Program-made: the position numbers and the translations under genes
In this document: positions 26,069-35,919 of the stretch, piece after piece
Layout of the letters: every line of letters starts with the position of its first letter
Numbering within the stretch: position 1 is the stretch's first letter
Notes under the pieces: generated by a model
The model's input: the letters and a program-made list of their open reading frames with translations, nothing else
Database searches by the model: none
Told to the model about the DNA's origin: nothing
Origin: Candidatus Aerophobota bacterium
GTDB lineage: Bacteria > Aerophobota > Aerophobia > Aerophobales > AE-B3A
DNA length: 39,939 nt
Reading direction: 5' to 3'
Assembly: GCA_030616535.1 (NCBI GenBank)
Contig: JAUWXE010000002.1
Location: forward strand, 1-39,939

Positions 26069-26480
26069 GGCTTTCTCCCTTCTCCTCGGAAAGAGGAATT
26101 CTGTCTATCTGGTTTTCTACTGCTTCTTCCGGAACTTCCGGTGGAGGTTGTTTCTTTAGTCTTTGCAGAAATTCGACTCTCCAGGCAACCACTTCTGCTA
26201 CTCGTCTTTTAATACCGTCCTTGTCTTCATAATTACGGATCTGGAGTCTCCCGTCCACGGCCACCTGACTTCCCTTAGCCAGATATTCGGAGCAAGTCTC
26301 TGCTCGCTTCCGCCATACTACAACAGGTATAAAATCAGCTTCTCTTTCTCCTTGCCGAGTGGTAAAAGGACGATTAACGGCGATGGTAAAGCTGGCTACA
26401 GGAGTTCCATCAGGAGTGTAGCGAAGTTCAGGATCACGGGTGAGGTTTCCTATTAAGATCACGCGGTTCAAACTGGCCAT
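26058..26480 (-). CDS. ssb: Single-stranded DNA-binding protein
   Basis: [39 protein letters not shown] fold, 140 aa. Confidence 0.92.
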   Translation of the reverse strand: MASLNRVILIGNLTRDPELRYTPDGTPVASFTIAVNRPFTTRQGEREADFIPVVVWRKRAETCSEYLAKGSQVAVDGRLQIRNYEDKDGIKRRVAEVVAWRVEFLQRLKKQPPPEVPEEAVENQIDRIPLSEEKGESLES

Positions 26481-26799
26481 TTTTTTCTCCTTCCTCCTTT
26501 TTTTTCTCCGGAGGAGCTTTTCTCCTTATTATCATCGATCTCACTATCCCTTCTTTGGTTTTAAGAAACTCTCGAACTCGATTCACTTCTGAAGAATTTA
26601 TTTGGAAATTAACCGTGATAAAAAAGCCCTCCTTTTCTTTTCCCACCTCATAGGCAAACTTCCTCACCCCTATTTGCGATATATTTTCTACCTCACCTTT
26701 ATCGTGGCTAACAATGTCTTTAAGTCCATCTAAAAGCGTGGCTCTTTCTTCTTCATTTAACCCAGTTTTAAGAACACAACTTGCTTGATACCATGCCAT
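26434..26799 (-). CDS. rpsF: 30S ribosomal protein S6
   Basis: Position in the rpsF-ssb-rpsR-rplI unit. The G.V.....G.RKFAYE pattern is present. The 3' end overlaps the ssb start by 47 nt. Confidence 0.85.
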   Translation of the reverse strand: MAWYQASCVLKTGLNEEERATLLDGLKDIVSHDKGEVENISQIGVRKFAYEVGKEKEGFFITVNFQINSSEVNRVREFLKTKEGIVRSMIIRRKAPPEKKKEEGEKNGQFEPRDLNRKPHP

Positions 26800-26818
26800 T
26801 TTGAGGCCTTCCCTCCGA

Positions 26819-27911
26819 CTAACTAGTAAACCTAAAATGTATCACATCTCCGTCTTTTACCAGATAATCCTTTCCCTCTATTTTAACCTTTCCTTCCTCT
26901 TTGGCCCGTTTCATTGATCCGACCTCAAGAAGGTCTGATGCTGAGACTACCTCTGCTCTTACAAAGCCCTTTTGCATATCCGAATGGACTCTACCTGCTG
27001 CTTGAGGAGCGGTGGCTCTTTCTTTCACCGACCAGGCCCTCACTTCCCTTCCCGCTGATGGTGAAAAAGGTAATTAAGTTTAGCTGTTGGTACACCTCTC
27101 TTATCAATTTGTTAAGTCCTTCTTCTATCTTTAACTCTTCAAGGAATTCTGCCTTCTCTTGCGCAGATACTTCTGCCAATTCTGCCTCCCATTGAGCACA
27201 CATTTCTATCAACCCTCCTCCCCTCTGGGAGGTGTATTCTCTCAAACTCTTAAGTAAAAAGGACGGAGAAGTTAGGTCATTTTCATCTATGTTGGCAACG
27301 TAAAGTAAGGGCTTAAGAGTCAAAAGACCTTCTTCGACAAGCCCTTCCTTCTCTTTTTCTGTGCAAATCTTTCTCAGAAAATTCCCTTTTTCAAGGTTTG
27401 TTTTAACCTTTTGTAAAAGATCAAATCTTTCTTGACTTCCTTTGGCTCCCGATTTTACCAGTTTATCCAGCTTTGTCAACCACCGCTGCACAACTTTCAA
27501 GTCAGAGAGAAGCAATTCTAACTCAATTATCTCGGCATCTCTTATCGGATCTATGCTTCCCTCGGGATGGGCAATCCCTTTCCCTTCAAAACACCTCAAT
27601 ACCTCAACTAAAAGATCAACCGACCTTATTCTGGATAAAAACTCATTTCCTAGGCCCTCACCTTGATGGGCGCCTCTAACCAGACCAGCTACATCTATAA
27701 ACTCCACTGAGGCTGGCGTGGCAATCTCGGGATTTATCAATTCGGCCAGTCTCTCCAGTCGTGGATCAGGAACCAATGCCATTCCTACATTAGGAGATAC
27801 GGTGGAGAAAGGAAACTTTGCCACCTGCACCCCTGCTTGTGTAAGAGCGTTAAAAAGGGTTGATTTACCAACGTTAGGTAGACCAATTATTCCGGCTGAG
27901 GGGTTAGCCAA
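26819..27911 (-). pseudogene. ychF: Ribosome-binding ATPase YchF, split by a 1-nt frameshift near 27044-27053
   Basis: The N-terminal ORF 26991-27911 (GIIGLPNVGKSTLFNALT ... LITFFTISGK) and the C-terminal ORF 26819-27043 ([32 protein letters not shown]) join into a canonical YchF if one G is dropped from AAGGGAAG. Confidence 0.85.
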
Positions 27912-27924
27912 GCATCCTCCTCAT

Positions 27925-29100
27925 TTATTCGGTGTAGCTCTCCTGCATCTCTGCCCTTAGGCTATCCAATAGTTCTAGATAACCTCTCAATCCTCTTTCT
28001 TCCGCCGGAGCTCTTAATCTTTTTAAAGCTCTTTCCTGAATCTGTCTGATCCTCTCCCTGCTGACTCCGTATTTCTTCCCAACCTCTCTTAAGGAATAAT
28101 CGCCTTTCTCTTCCAGGTCAAATCTCAACTTTAATATTCCCAATTCACGTCGGTCTTTTACTACCTTTTCTAGTAGTTTTCTTACTTCCTCTTTGAGCAT
28201 ATCTACGGCAAGCTTATAAATAGGTGGAGGTATATTAGTGTTAGAAATAAACTCGATTATTGAACTGTCTTTTTCCTCTCCTATCGGTTTATCAATTGAG
28301 ACGGTGGTCTGGCTTATTCCCAGTGTTTGCCTGATCTTCTCCGGGGGAAAATCTACCTGTTCAGCAATTTCCTCGGGAGTAGGTTCTCTTTTTAGTTTCT
28401 GTTCTAGTTGTCTGGATACCCTGCTCAACTTTCTTAACAAATGAGCTATGTGAACCGGAAGACGTATGGTTCTTGACTGATCAGCAATAGTCCTGGATAA
28501 AGCCTGGCGTATCCACCAACTGGCATAGGTGCTAAAACGCTTGCCACATTTATAGTCAAACTTATCCACAGCCCGAGAAAGGCCGATATTCCCTTCCTGG
28601 ATGAGGTCTGAAAGAGAAACTCCTCTGCCAGTGTACTTTTTAGCAAAGCTTACCACCAGACGAAGATTAGCTTCCATCATCTTCTTTCTGTCAGCTTCAC
28701 ACGCTGATTTTACTTTCACCGCCTCTTTTAAGATCTGTCTTATCTTCTTTTTATCCTGGTCAGACTCTATTCTGTCTATTTTCGAGAGTTGGTGTTCTAA
28801 GAAATCAACCATCTCCCTGACCTTATCTGGATTACGATCAGGATCACCAAAATTTTTTAACAGCCTTCCTCCCTTTTGAAATAGGCTGAGAAGCTCTCGG
28901 TTCTTATTAATGATGTCGGCTGCTTCTGTCATAAGTTGGATTAGTTTTTGCTTTCCTTCTTTTATTCTCTTAGCAAGCTTCCTTTCTTCCTCCTTGGTAA
29001 GCAAAGGAGTCTTCCCTATACCTTCCAAATAACTTTCAATTGTGCTTAAGGATGAAACTTGTTCTTCTGCGTGAATTGTCTCCTTAGCACGGTTTTCCAC
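27925..29100 (-). CDS. rpoD: RNA polymerase sigma-70 factor, RpoD-like
   Basis: DLIQEGNIGLSRAVDKFDYKCGKRFSTYASWWIRQA..R...DQSRTIRLPVH (region 2) and the region 4 HTH VSRERIRQIQERALKRLR. Confidence 0.9.
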   Translation of the reverse strand: MENRAKETIHAEEQVSSLSTIESYLEGIGKTPLLTKEEERKLAKRIKEGKQKLIQLMTEAADIINKNRELLSLFQKGGRLLKNFGDPDRNPDKVREMVDFLEHQLSKIDRIESDQDKKKIRQILKEAVKVKSACEADRKKMMEANLRLVVSFAKKYTGRGVSLSDLIQEGNIGLSRAVDKFDYKCGKRFSTYASWWIRQALSRTIADQSRTIRLPVHIAHLLRKLSRVSRQLEQKLKREPTPEEIAEQVDFPPEKIRQTLGISQTTVSIDKPIGEEKDSSIIEFISNTNIPPPIYKLAVDMLKEEVRKLLEKVVKDRRELGILKLRFDLEEKGDYSLREVGKKYGVSRERIRQIQERALKRLRAPAEERGLRGYLELLDSLRAEMQESYTE

Positions 29101-29110
29101 TAAATCCTCC

Positions 29111-29896
29111 CTATATTATTGGGTGCTTCAATTCCAACTTCTCAGAGGTACAAATAAAGCGAGAAGTAATTATCTCTCTCGATAATTGATAAGAAAGATA
29201 CTTTTTTAGAATAGCCTCCAGTTCGATTTCTATGGCCTTATCAAAACTTTGTTGAACTGTCTTCTTCAGGCTTGAACAAAGAAGATAATCCATCAAAAGA
29301 ACGGTCTTCTTTGAAACCTCTAGCCTGTTCTTATCTTCCTTTTGGCAATCACCGCAAAGAAGTCCGCCTAACTTTATGCTAATAAAGAGAAATTGAATCT
29401 TTCCTCTTTCTTTTCCACAATTTATGCATCTACTTAAGCATAGTCCGTAGCCCAAAATCTTTAAGAGTTTTATCTCAAAACTCCGCATCAAAAGAGTTAA
29501 GTTTTGTTTACGAATTCTTTCTAAGCAAAAAAGGGTCTTTACCAGAAGTTCAAAAAGATGAGAATTTGGTTGTTCTTCTTCCAAAAATTTGTCAATCAAC
29601 TCGGCCAGATAACAGCTATAGGCGAATCTAAGTAGATTCTTTCTGATCCCTATAAAAGGGTAGTTAATCTTACACTCACTTAAGGTATCCAGACCGCTTC
29701 TCGTAGCTTTGTGAATCACCACACTGTCATAAGAAGGAGGCTGAACCAGGGCAGCGAATCTACTTTTTATTCTTCTAGCCCCCTTTGCTATCACTTTTAT
29801 CTTTCCATATCTTCGTGAATAAAAAATAACTATTTTATCTTGGTCTCCTAGATCATAATCTCTAAGCACAATCACCTCAGTTTTATACAAACGCAC
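29111..29896 (-). CDS. recO: DNA repair protein RecO
   Basis: N-terminal OB pattern (EVIVLRDYDLGDQDKIVIFYSRRYGKIKVIAKGARR) and CINCG...CGDC zinc motif. Confidence 0.85.
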   Translation of the reverse strand: MRLYKTEVIVLRDYDLGDQDKIVIFYSRRYGKIKVIAKGARRIKSRFAALVQPPSYDSVVIHKATRSGLDTLSECKINYPFIGIRKNLLRFAYSCYLAELIDKFLEEEQPNSHLFELLVKTLFCLERIRKQNLTLLMRSFEIKLLKILGYGLCLSRCINCGKERGKIQFLFISIKLGGLLCGDCQKEDKNRLEVSKKTVLLMDYLLCSSLKKTVQQSFDKAIEIELEAILKKYLSYQLSREIITSRFICTSEKLELKHPII

Positions 29897-29963
29897 TTTC
29901 GGCCTCGATTACTGATTCGCAAACACTATAGCAAAAGAAATTTAATCAGTCAACTGACTATCC

Positions 29964-29991
29964 TTGACGGAGTAAAATATTTTGCTATATT
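29964..29991 (+). promoter_or_regulatory. Putative sigma-70 promoter for purH: TTGACG-N16-TGcTATATT
   Basis: -35 at 29964-29969, TG at 29983-29984, -10 at 29986-29991. About 29 nt upstream of the ATG at 30020. Confidence 0.5.
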
Positions 29992-30019
29992 GAATCATCG
30001 GAATTTTCGAGAAAGGTAA

Positions 30020-31582
30020 ATGCCTGAGATCAAAAGAGCTCTTATCAGCGTCTTCCACAAGGAAGGAATAGTCGATTTTGCTGAAGGATTGACCAAATTA
30101 GGAATAGAGATTCTTTCCACCGGAGGTACAGCACGAGCTCTTAGAGAAGCGGGAATACGGGTGAGGGAAGTGTCAAGGTATACCCATAGTCCGGCTATGC
30201 TTGGTGGAAGAGTAAAAACCTTGCATCCCAGGCTTCATGCAGCTCTTTTAGCTGTAAGAGATGACCCTGATCAGATGAGAGAAGTAAAGCAATATGGTAT
30301 TGAACTTATCGACATGGTGGTGGTAAACCTCTATCCTTTCCAGGAGGTTGTCCAGAAAGAGGTGAGTCTAAAAGAGGCTAGAGAAAACATTGACATTGGA
30401 GGACCAACTATGCTTCGGGCGGCAGCTAAGAATTTCCCTTATGTAGCAGCAGTTACCAGCCCTGATCAGTACCCCCAGATCCTCAATGAGTTAAAAGAAA
30501 ATAGATGCTCTCTCAGCGAGGTCACCTGTCTTAATTTAGCTATGAGGGTCTTTCAGGAGACCAGTGCATACGATGCCCTTATTGCACATTACCTGGAAAA
30601 AGAAACCGGACAAAAATTCCCTGATATAATAAATTTGAGCTTTAAGAAACAAAAAAATCTGAGGTATGGGGAAAATCCCCACCAGGAGGCTGCTTTTTAC
30701 AGAGAATGGATAGAGACCCGGCCAGGTCTTTCCTCTACTGAAAAACTCTGGGGGAAAGACTTGTCCTTTAATAATCTTTTAGATCTAGATGCCGCCTTAG
30801 CCATGGTATCAGAATTTAGAGAACCGGCAGCCGTGGTAATAAAACATACCAATCCCTGTGGTGCAGGCTGCGCTTCTCACCTTCAAGAAGCTTTTAAAAA
30901 AGCCTACAGTGGAGATTCTGTATCAGCCTTCGGAGGCATAATTGGATTAAACAGAACAGTGGATTCTCCCACTGCCGAGGAAATAGCTTCACCCGATAAA
31001 TTCATTGAAGCCATAATTGCCCCTGAGTATGAGGACCAGGCTCTGGAAATCCTGAAAACCGGGCAAAAATGGGGAAAGAACCTGCGTATTCTAAAAACCA
31101 ATGGAAATTTAGCCAGAGGAAAGAGCGACTGGGAGATAAAAGGAATACGCGGTGGAATTCTTTTTCAGGAAAGGGATGAAGAAACCTACATTCCTGCCAG
31201 TCTAAGAACAGTTACTAAAAGAATTCCCACTCAAAAGGAAGAGGATGAACTTTTATTTGCCTGGACAGTCTGTAAACACGTGAAATCTAATGCCATCGTT
31301 CTATCCAAAGATAAAACAGTGGTTGGAGTGGGAGCAGGACAGATGAGTCGGGTAGATTCCTCCAGACTTGCCATTGGAAAAGCTGGTGACAGAGCTAGGG
31401 GTGCATGCTTAGCCTCAGATGCCTTTTTTCCTTTTCCTGATGCAGTAGAGGAGGCAGGAAAGTCGGGCATAACTGCCTTAATTCAACCAGGTGGTTCCTT
31501 GCGGGACCAAGAGATAATCGCAGCTGCCGATAGATATAGAATGGCTATGATGTTCACCGGGATGAGACATTTCAAACATTAA
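30020..31582 (+). CDS. purH: Bifunctional AICAR transformylase / IMP cyclohydrolase
   Basis: ALISVFHKEG MGS-like N-terminus, KHTNPCG, QPGGS.RD. Confidence 0.95.
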   Translation: MPEIKRALISVFHKEGIVDFAEGLTKLGIEILSTGGTARALREAGIRVREVSRYTHSPAMLGGRVKTLHPRLHAALLAVRDDPDQMREVKQYGIELIDMVVVNLYPFQEVVQKEVSLKEARENIDIGGPTMLRAAAKNFPYVAAVTSPDQYPQILNELKENRCSLSEVTCLNLAMRVFQETSAYDALIAHYLEKETGQKFPDIINLSFKKQKNLRYGENPHQEAAFYREWIETRPGLSSTEKLWGKDLSFNNLLDLDAALAMVSEFREPAAVVIKHTNPCGAGCASHLQEAFKKAYSGDSVSAFGGIIGLNRTVDSPTAEEIASPDKFIEAIIAPEYEDQALEILKTGQKWGKNLRILKTNGNLARGKSDWEIKGIRGGILFQERDEETYIPASLRTVTKRIPTQKEEDELLFAWTVCKHVKSNAIVLSKDKTVVGVGAGQMSRVDSSRLAIGKAGDRARGACLASDAFFPFPDAVEEAGKSGITALIQPGGSLRDQEIIAAADRYRMAMMFTGMRHFKH

Positions 31583-31593
31583 AGGAGAGCTCC

Positions 31594-32841
31594 ATGCCTG
31601 TTTCATTGGCTCAAATTGACCCTGAGGTTAATGAGATTCTTAAGCAGGAACTTCAGCGTCAGCAAAACAGTTTAACTCTTATTCCTTCAGAAAATTATCC
31701 TAGTAAGGCAGTCTTAGAAGCGGAAGGTTCGGTTTTGATTGATAAATATGCTGAAGGATATCCCGGCAGACGACATTATCAGGGCTGTAAATTTATAGAT
31801 GAGATTGAGGAGCTAGCCATTTCCCGGGCAAAAAAAATCTTTAAAACTGAGCATGTGAATGTACAGGCTCATTCAGGAACACAGGCTAATATAGCTGTCT
31901 ATCAGGCTTTGCTTAAACCAGGAGATACCATTTTATCCCTAGATTTGTCTCACGGAGGGCATCTTTCTCATGGAAATAGGGCAACTTTACCTCATACTCA
32001 TTATCAGATCGTCAGCTACGGAGTGGATAGAGAATCGGAGACCTTTAATTATGAAGAAATTCAGGCTATAGCTGAAAATTGCCGCCCTCAATTGATAATA
32101 GTGGGAGCTAGCGCTTATCCGCGGGCTATAGATTACTCTCACTGGAGGAGAATTGCCGATGAGGTAGGAGCCTATCTTATGGCTGATGTAGCTCACATAA
32201 TAGGCTTGATTGTGGCTGGTCTACACCCGGATCCTGTTCCTTATGCTGATGTTGTCACTACCACTACCCACAAAACTCTGCGGGGTCCCCGCGGAGGAGC
32301 GATCATCTGTCGCCAAGACCTTGCCTCTCGGATAGATAGAGCTATTTTTCCTGGTACTCAAGGGGGACCATTCATGCATACCATAGCCGCAAAAGCGGTA
32401 TGTTTTAAGGAAGCGGAAAAACCTGAATTTAAGGAATATCAGCGTCAGATTGTCTCCAACGCCAAGGCATTAGCTGAGACCTTAAGGGAAGATGAGCTAA
32501 GACTGGTCTCCGGTGGCACCGATACCCATCTTATACTGGTTGATCTGTCAAAAAAAGGGCTAACAGGTGATAAAGCGGCCACTATTCTGGAAGAAGCAGA
32601 CATAGTGGTTAACAAGAATAGCATCCCTTTTGATCTCCAACCGTCTTCTATAACCTCGGGGATAAGACCGGGGACCCCTGCTCTTACTACCAGAAGGATG
32701 AGAGAACCTGAGATGCAACTAATTGGAAGATGGATAAATAAAATACTATCGAGTCCAGAGGACAGAACCTTGAGAAAAAAAATCAGAAGCGGGGCAAGAG
32801 GTCTCTGTCAGCAATTTCCCATTTATGAGGATTTGAAATAA
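31594..32841 (+). CDS. glyA: Serine hydroxymethyltransferase
   Basis: LIPSENY, SHGGHLSHG and TTTTHKTLRGPRGG (PLP Lys). Confidence 0.95.
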   Translation: MPVSLAQIDPEVNEILKQELQRQQNSLTLIPSENYPSKAVLEAEGSVLIDKYAEGYPGRRHYQGCKFIDEIEELAISRAKKIFKTEHVNVQAHSGTQANIAVYQALLKPGDTILSLDLSHGGHLSHGNRATLPHTHYQIVSYGVDRESETFNYEEIQAIAENCRPQLIIVGASAYPRAIDYSHWRRIADEVGAYLMADVAHIIGLIVAGLHPDPVPYADVVTTTTHKTLRGPRGGAIICRQDLASRIDRAIFPGTQGGPFMHTIAAKAVCFKEAEKPEFKEYQRQIVSNAKALAETLREDELRLVSGGTDTHLILVDLSKKGLTGDKAATILEEADIVVNKNSIPFDLQPSSITSGIRPGTPALTTRRMREPEMQLIGRWINKILSSPEDRTLRKKIRSGARGLCQQFPIYEDLK

Positions 32842-32848
32842 AGATTCC

Positions 32849-34183
32849 ATGCTCTCCTACAGAGGAGCATTAGCATATCTAGATTCTTTGATTAATTATG
32901 AGAGGGAGGAAAATTTTCCCTATCATAAAAAGTTCTTAAATCTCGAGAGAACAAGATACATTTTAAAACTAGTAGGAAATCCTCATCAGCATTTAAAAAT
33001 CATTCATATCGCCGGCACAAAGGGTAAAGGCTCTACCGCTGCTATGGTCAGTTCCATCTTGAAGGAGGGGGGTTTCAAGGTCGGGTTATTCACCTCTCCT
33101 CACCTGGTTAATCCACGGGAAAGGATAAGAATAGGCAACCAATTAATTGAAAAAAAAGAGTTTGCTCTTTTTGTCTCTAAGATAAGATCAAAGCTAGAAA
33201 TCTTTTCCTTTTCTTCGCCTCCGACTTTTTTCGAGATCTATACTGCAGTTGCTCTTCTTTATTTTTTTTATAAAAAAGTAGACCTCACTGTTCTCGAGGT
33301 GGGATTAGGAGGAAGACTAGATGCTACTAATGTGGCTAATTCTCTAGTGGCGGTTATTACACAGATAAGCTTGGATCATACCAGAGAGCTGGGAAAAGAC
33401 TTGATTTCTATAGCTAGAGAAAAAACTGGCATCATTAAGGAAAAATCAAAAGTTGTCATCTCTCCCCAGACTAGAGAAGTGCTGAAGCTAATTGAAGAGG
33501 TTTGTAAAGAAAAGAAAGCTACCATGTATCAAGTAGGAAAGGAGATTTCGTTTGAAAGAATAAAAGTGAGCCCCAGAGGCCAGACGATACAAGTAAGAGT
33601 CGCGGGAGGAAATCATTGGCACTTATTTCTTCCCCTTCTGGGTGAGCATCAGGCCATAAACGCAGCTACAGCTATAGGGGTAATAGCTTTACTTAAGGAG
33701 TATGGAATCTTCATTCGAAGAGAGGCTGTTGCTGCAGGATTAAGAAAAGTAAAATGGCCAGCCAGAATTCAAGTCCTCTCAACCTCACCGCTTTTTATCG
33801 TGGACTGCGCTCACAATCAGGCTTCAGCGGAAGCACTGGCAAAATGTCTAGGTGAAGTCTTCCCTAAAAAAAGGATTATCTTCATCGTTGGTATCCTTAA
33901 GAACAAAGATGTGGAGGGGATAGGAAGATCTCTCTGTGGAGAGAGGACGAGAATTATTCTTACCGGGATAAACAGTCCCCGAGCTCTTGAACCAGTCTCC
34001 ATAAAAAGAAGAATTAGTAAATTCTGCTGGGGAGAGATAATAATTAAGCAAAAAGTGCAAGACGCCATGGACTATGCTCGCTCCATAGCTACCTCTGAGG
34101 ATTTAATCTGTGTTACCGGCTCGGTTTATCTTGCCGGTGAGGCCTTAAAATTCTATCAAGCCAGGGAGGAGGCTTATGCCTAA
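32849..34183 (+). CDS. folC: Bifunctional folylpolyglutamate synthase / dihydrofolate synthase
   Basis: HIAGTKGKGST P-loop in a Mur-ligase fold, 444 aa. Confidence 0.88.
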   Translation: MLSYRGALAYLDSLINYEREENFPYHKKFLNLERTRYILKLVGNPHQHLKIIHIAGTKGKGSTAAMVSSILKEGGFKVGLFTSPHLVNPRERIRIGNQLIEKKEFALFVSKIRSKLEIFSFSSPPTFFEIYTAVALLYFFYKKVDLTVLEVGLGGRLDATNVANSLVAVITQISLDHTRELGKDLISIAREKTGIIKEKSKVVISPQTREVLKLIEEVCKEKKATMYQVGKEISFERIKVSPRGQTIQVRVAGGNHWHLFLPLLGEHQAINAATAIGVIALLKEYGIFIRREAVAAGLRKVKWPARIQVLSTSPLFIVDCAHNQASAEALAKCLGEVFPKKRIIFIVGILKNKDVEGIGRSLCGERTRIILTGINSPRALEPVSIKRRISKFCWGEIIIKQKVQDAMDYARSIATSEDLICVTGSVYLAGEALKFYQAREEAYA

Positions 34184-35918
34184 AGGAATAGCTGCTTCTC
34201 CCGGATTTGCTATAGGAAAAGCATACATCCTGGAGAAGGAGAATGTTTGCATACTTGAATATGAAATCAAAGAAAAAGAAGTAGAGACTGAAATAAAAAG
34301 ATTTAGAGAAGCGGTGGAAGAATCAAAAAGGGAATTGGAGGAGATAAAAAGAAGAGTAAAGAAGACCATAGGAGAAAAGGAATCATATATTTTTCAGGCT
34401 CATCTGTTAATATTGGAAGATCCGCTTCTTATCGAGGCTACCATAGATAGAATAAGAAAGCAAAGACTGAACACCGAGGCATCTCTTAGAAATACTCTCA
34501 AAGCTTTCCCGGCAAAGTTTGTCTCTGCTCAGGCTGGGTTTGTTCAGGAAAGATTCAGAGATGTAGAAGATATAGGCGAGCGAATCCTGGCTAACCTTCT
34601 AAAGAGACCGACTTTGAGTCTCTCTCATCTAAAGGAAAAAATAATATTGGTGGCCTACGATCTTGCTCCCTCAGACACTGCGACTATGCAGAAAGATAAA
34701 ATATTGGGTTTTGCCACCAATATTGGGGGAAGAACGTCTCATACTGCTATTATGGCTCGTGCATTGAAGATTCCTGCCGTAGTAGGATTGAGAGACATAA
34801 CCCAGAAAGTTAAACCAGGCTCGGTAATTATCCTAGATGGAAATGAAGGAAAGGTAATTGTTAATCCTACTTCTAAGCAAATAGAACGATATAAAAGAAG
34901 TCAGAAAGAGTTTTCCTCTTACCAAAGAAAACTGGAGCCTTTGAGATCTTTACCTCCTCAGACCCTCGATGGACGAGAAGTAGAATTAGCGGTTAATATC
35001 GCCGGCCCGGAAGAGATAGATGCTGCCTTAAAGGATGGAGCAGAAGGGGTAGGATTATACAGAACCGAGTTTCTCTATATGAATAGAGAAACTTTGCCCA
35101 GTGAGGCTGAACAGATGCAGGTTTATAAAACAGTAGCTGAGAAGGCAGCTCCTAATACCGTGATTATTAGAACATTAGATTTGGGAGGAGATAAATTTCT
35201 CTCTCATTTTCCTGTTCCTTCTGAAATAAACCCTTTTATGGGCTGGAGGGCCATAAGACTATGTTTAGAAAAAGTAGATATCTTTAAAGTTCAGCTGAGG
35301 GCTATCTTGAGAGCGGGTAGTTTTGGCAAGGTAAAAATTATGTATCCCATGATCTCAGGAGTGGAAGAGATCAGGAAGACCAGGACAATCCTGTCCGAAG
35401 TGAAAATAGAACTAAAAAAAGAGGGAATGGCTTTTTCGGAGAATATCGAGGTAGGAGCAATGATCGAAGTCCCTTCGGCCGCTATAATAGCTGATCTTCT
35501 GGCTAAAGAAGTTGATTTCTTTAGCCTGGGGACGAATGATTTAATACAATACAGCCTGGCAGTGGACCGGGTAAATGAGAAGGTAGCCTATCTTTACCAG
35601 CCTCTGCACCCAACTATCTTGAGATTGATCGATAATATAATAAAATGCGCTCATCGTGAAGGCATTTGGGTGGGAGCCTGCGGAGAGATGGCCAGTGATC
35701 CGCTATTTGTCTTGATTCTTCTGGGATTGGAAGTAGATGAGTTTAGTGTAGCCCCGACTTCTCTTTTAGAGATAAAAAAAATCATTCGGGGGGTGACCTG
35801 GAAGGAGACGCAAAAGGTGGCCTCGGAGCTGTTGAAACTCAGCACTTCCTACGAAGCCAGAAGATTTGCCCAGAGGAAGCTATCAAAGAAAATTAAAAGA
35901 ATCTTAAAAGGAAGCTAA
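34176..35918 (+). CDS. ptsI: Phosphoenolpyruvate-protein phosphotransferase (PTS Enzyme I)
   Basis: GGRTSHTAIMARAL (active-site His), GLYRTEFLY and FFSLGTNDLIQY. Confidence 0.9.
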   Translation: MPKGIAASPGFAIGKAYILEKENVCILEYEIKEKEVETEIKRFREAVEESKRELEEIKRRVKKTIGEKESYIFQAHLLILEDPLLIEATIDRIRKQRLNTEASLRNTLKAFPAKFVSAQAGFVQERFRDVEDIGERILANLLKRPTLSLSHLKEKIILVAYDLAPSDTATMQKDKILGFATNIGGRTSHTAIMARALKIPAVVGLRDITQKVKPGSVIILDGNEGKVIVNPTSKQIERYKRSQKEFSSYQRKLEPLRSLPPQTLDGREVELAVNIAGPEEIDAALKDGAEGVGLYRTEFLYMNRETLPSEAEQMQVYKTVAEKAAPNTVIIRTLDLGGDKFLSHFPVPSEINPFMGWRAIRLCLEKVDIFKVQLRAILRAGSFGKVKIMYPMISGVEEIRKTRTILSEVKIELKKEGMAFSENIEVGAMIEVPSAAIIADLLAKEVDFFSLGTNDLIQYSLAVDRVNEKVAYLYQPLHPTILRLIDNIIKCAHREGIWVGACGEMASDPLFVLILLGLEVDEFSVAPTSLLEIKKIIRGVTWKETQKVASELLKLSTSYEARRFAQRKLSKKIKRILKGS

Positions 35919-35919
35919 A

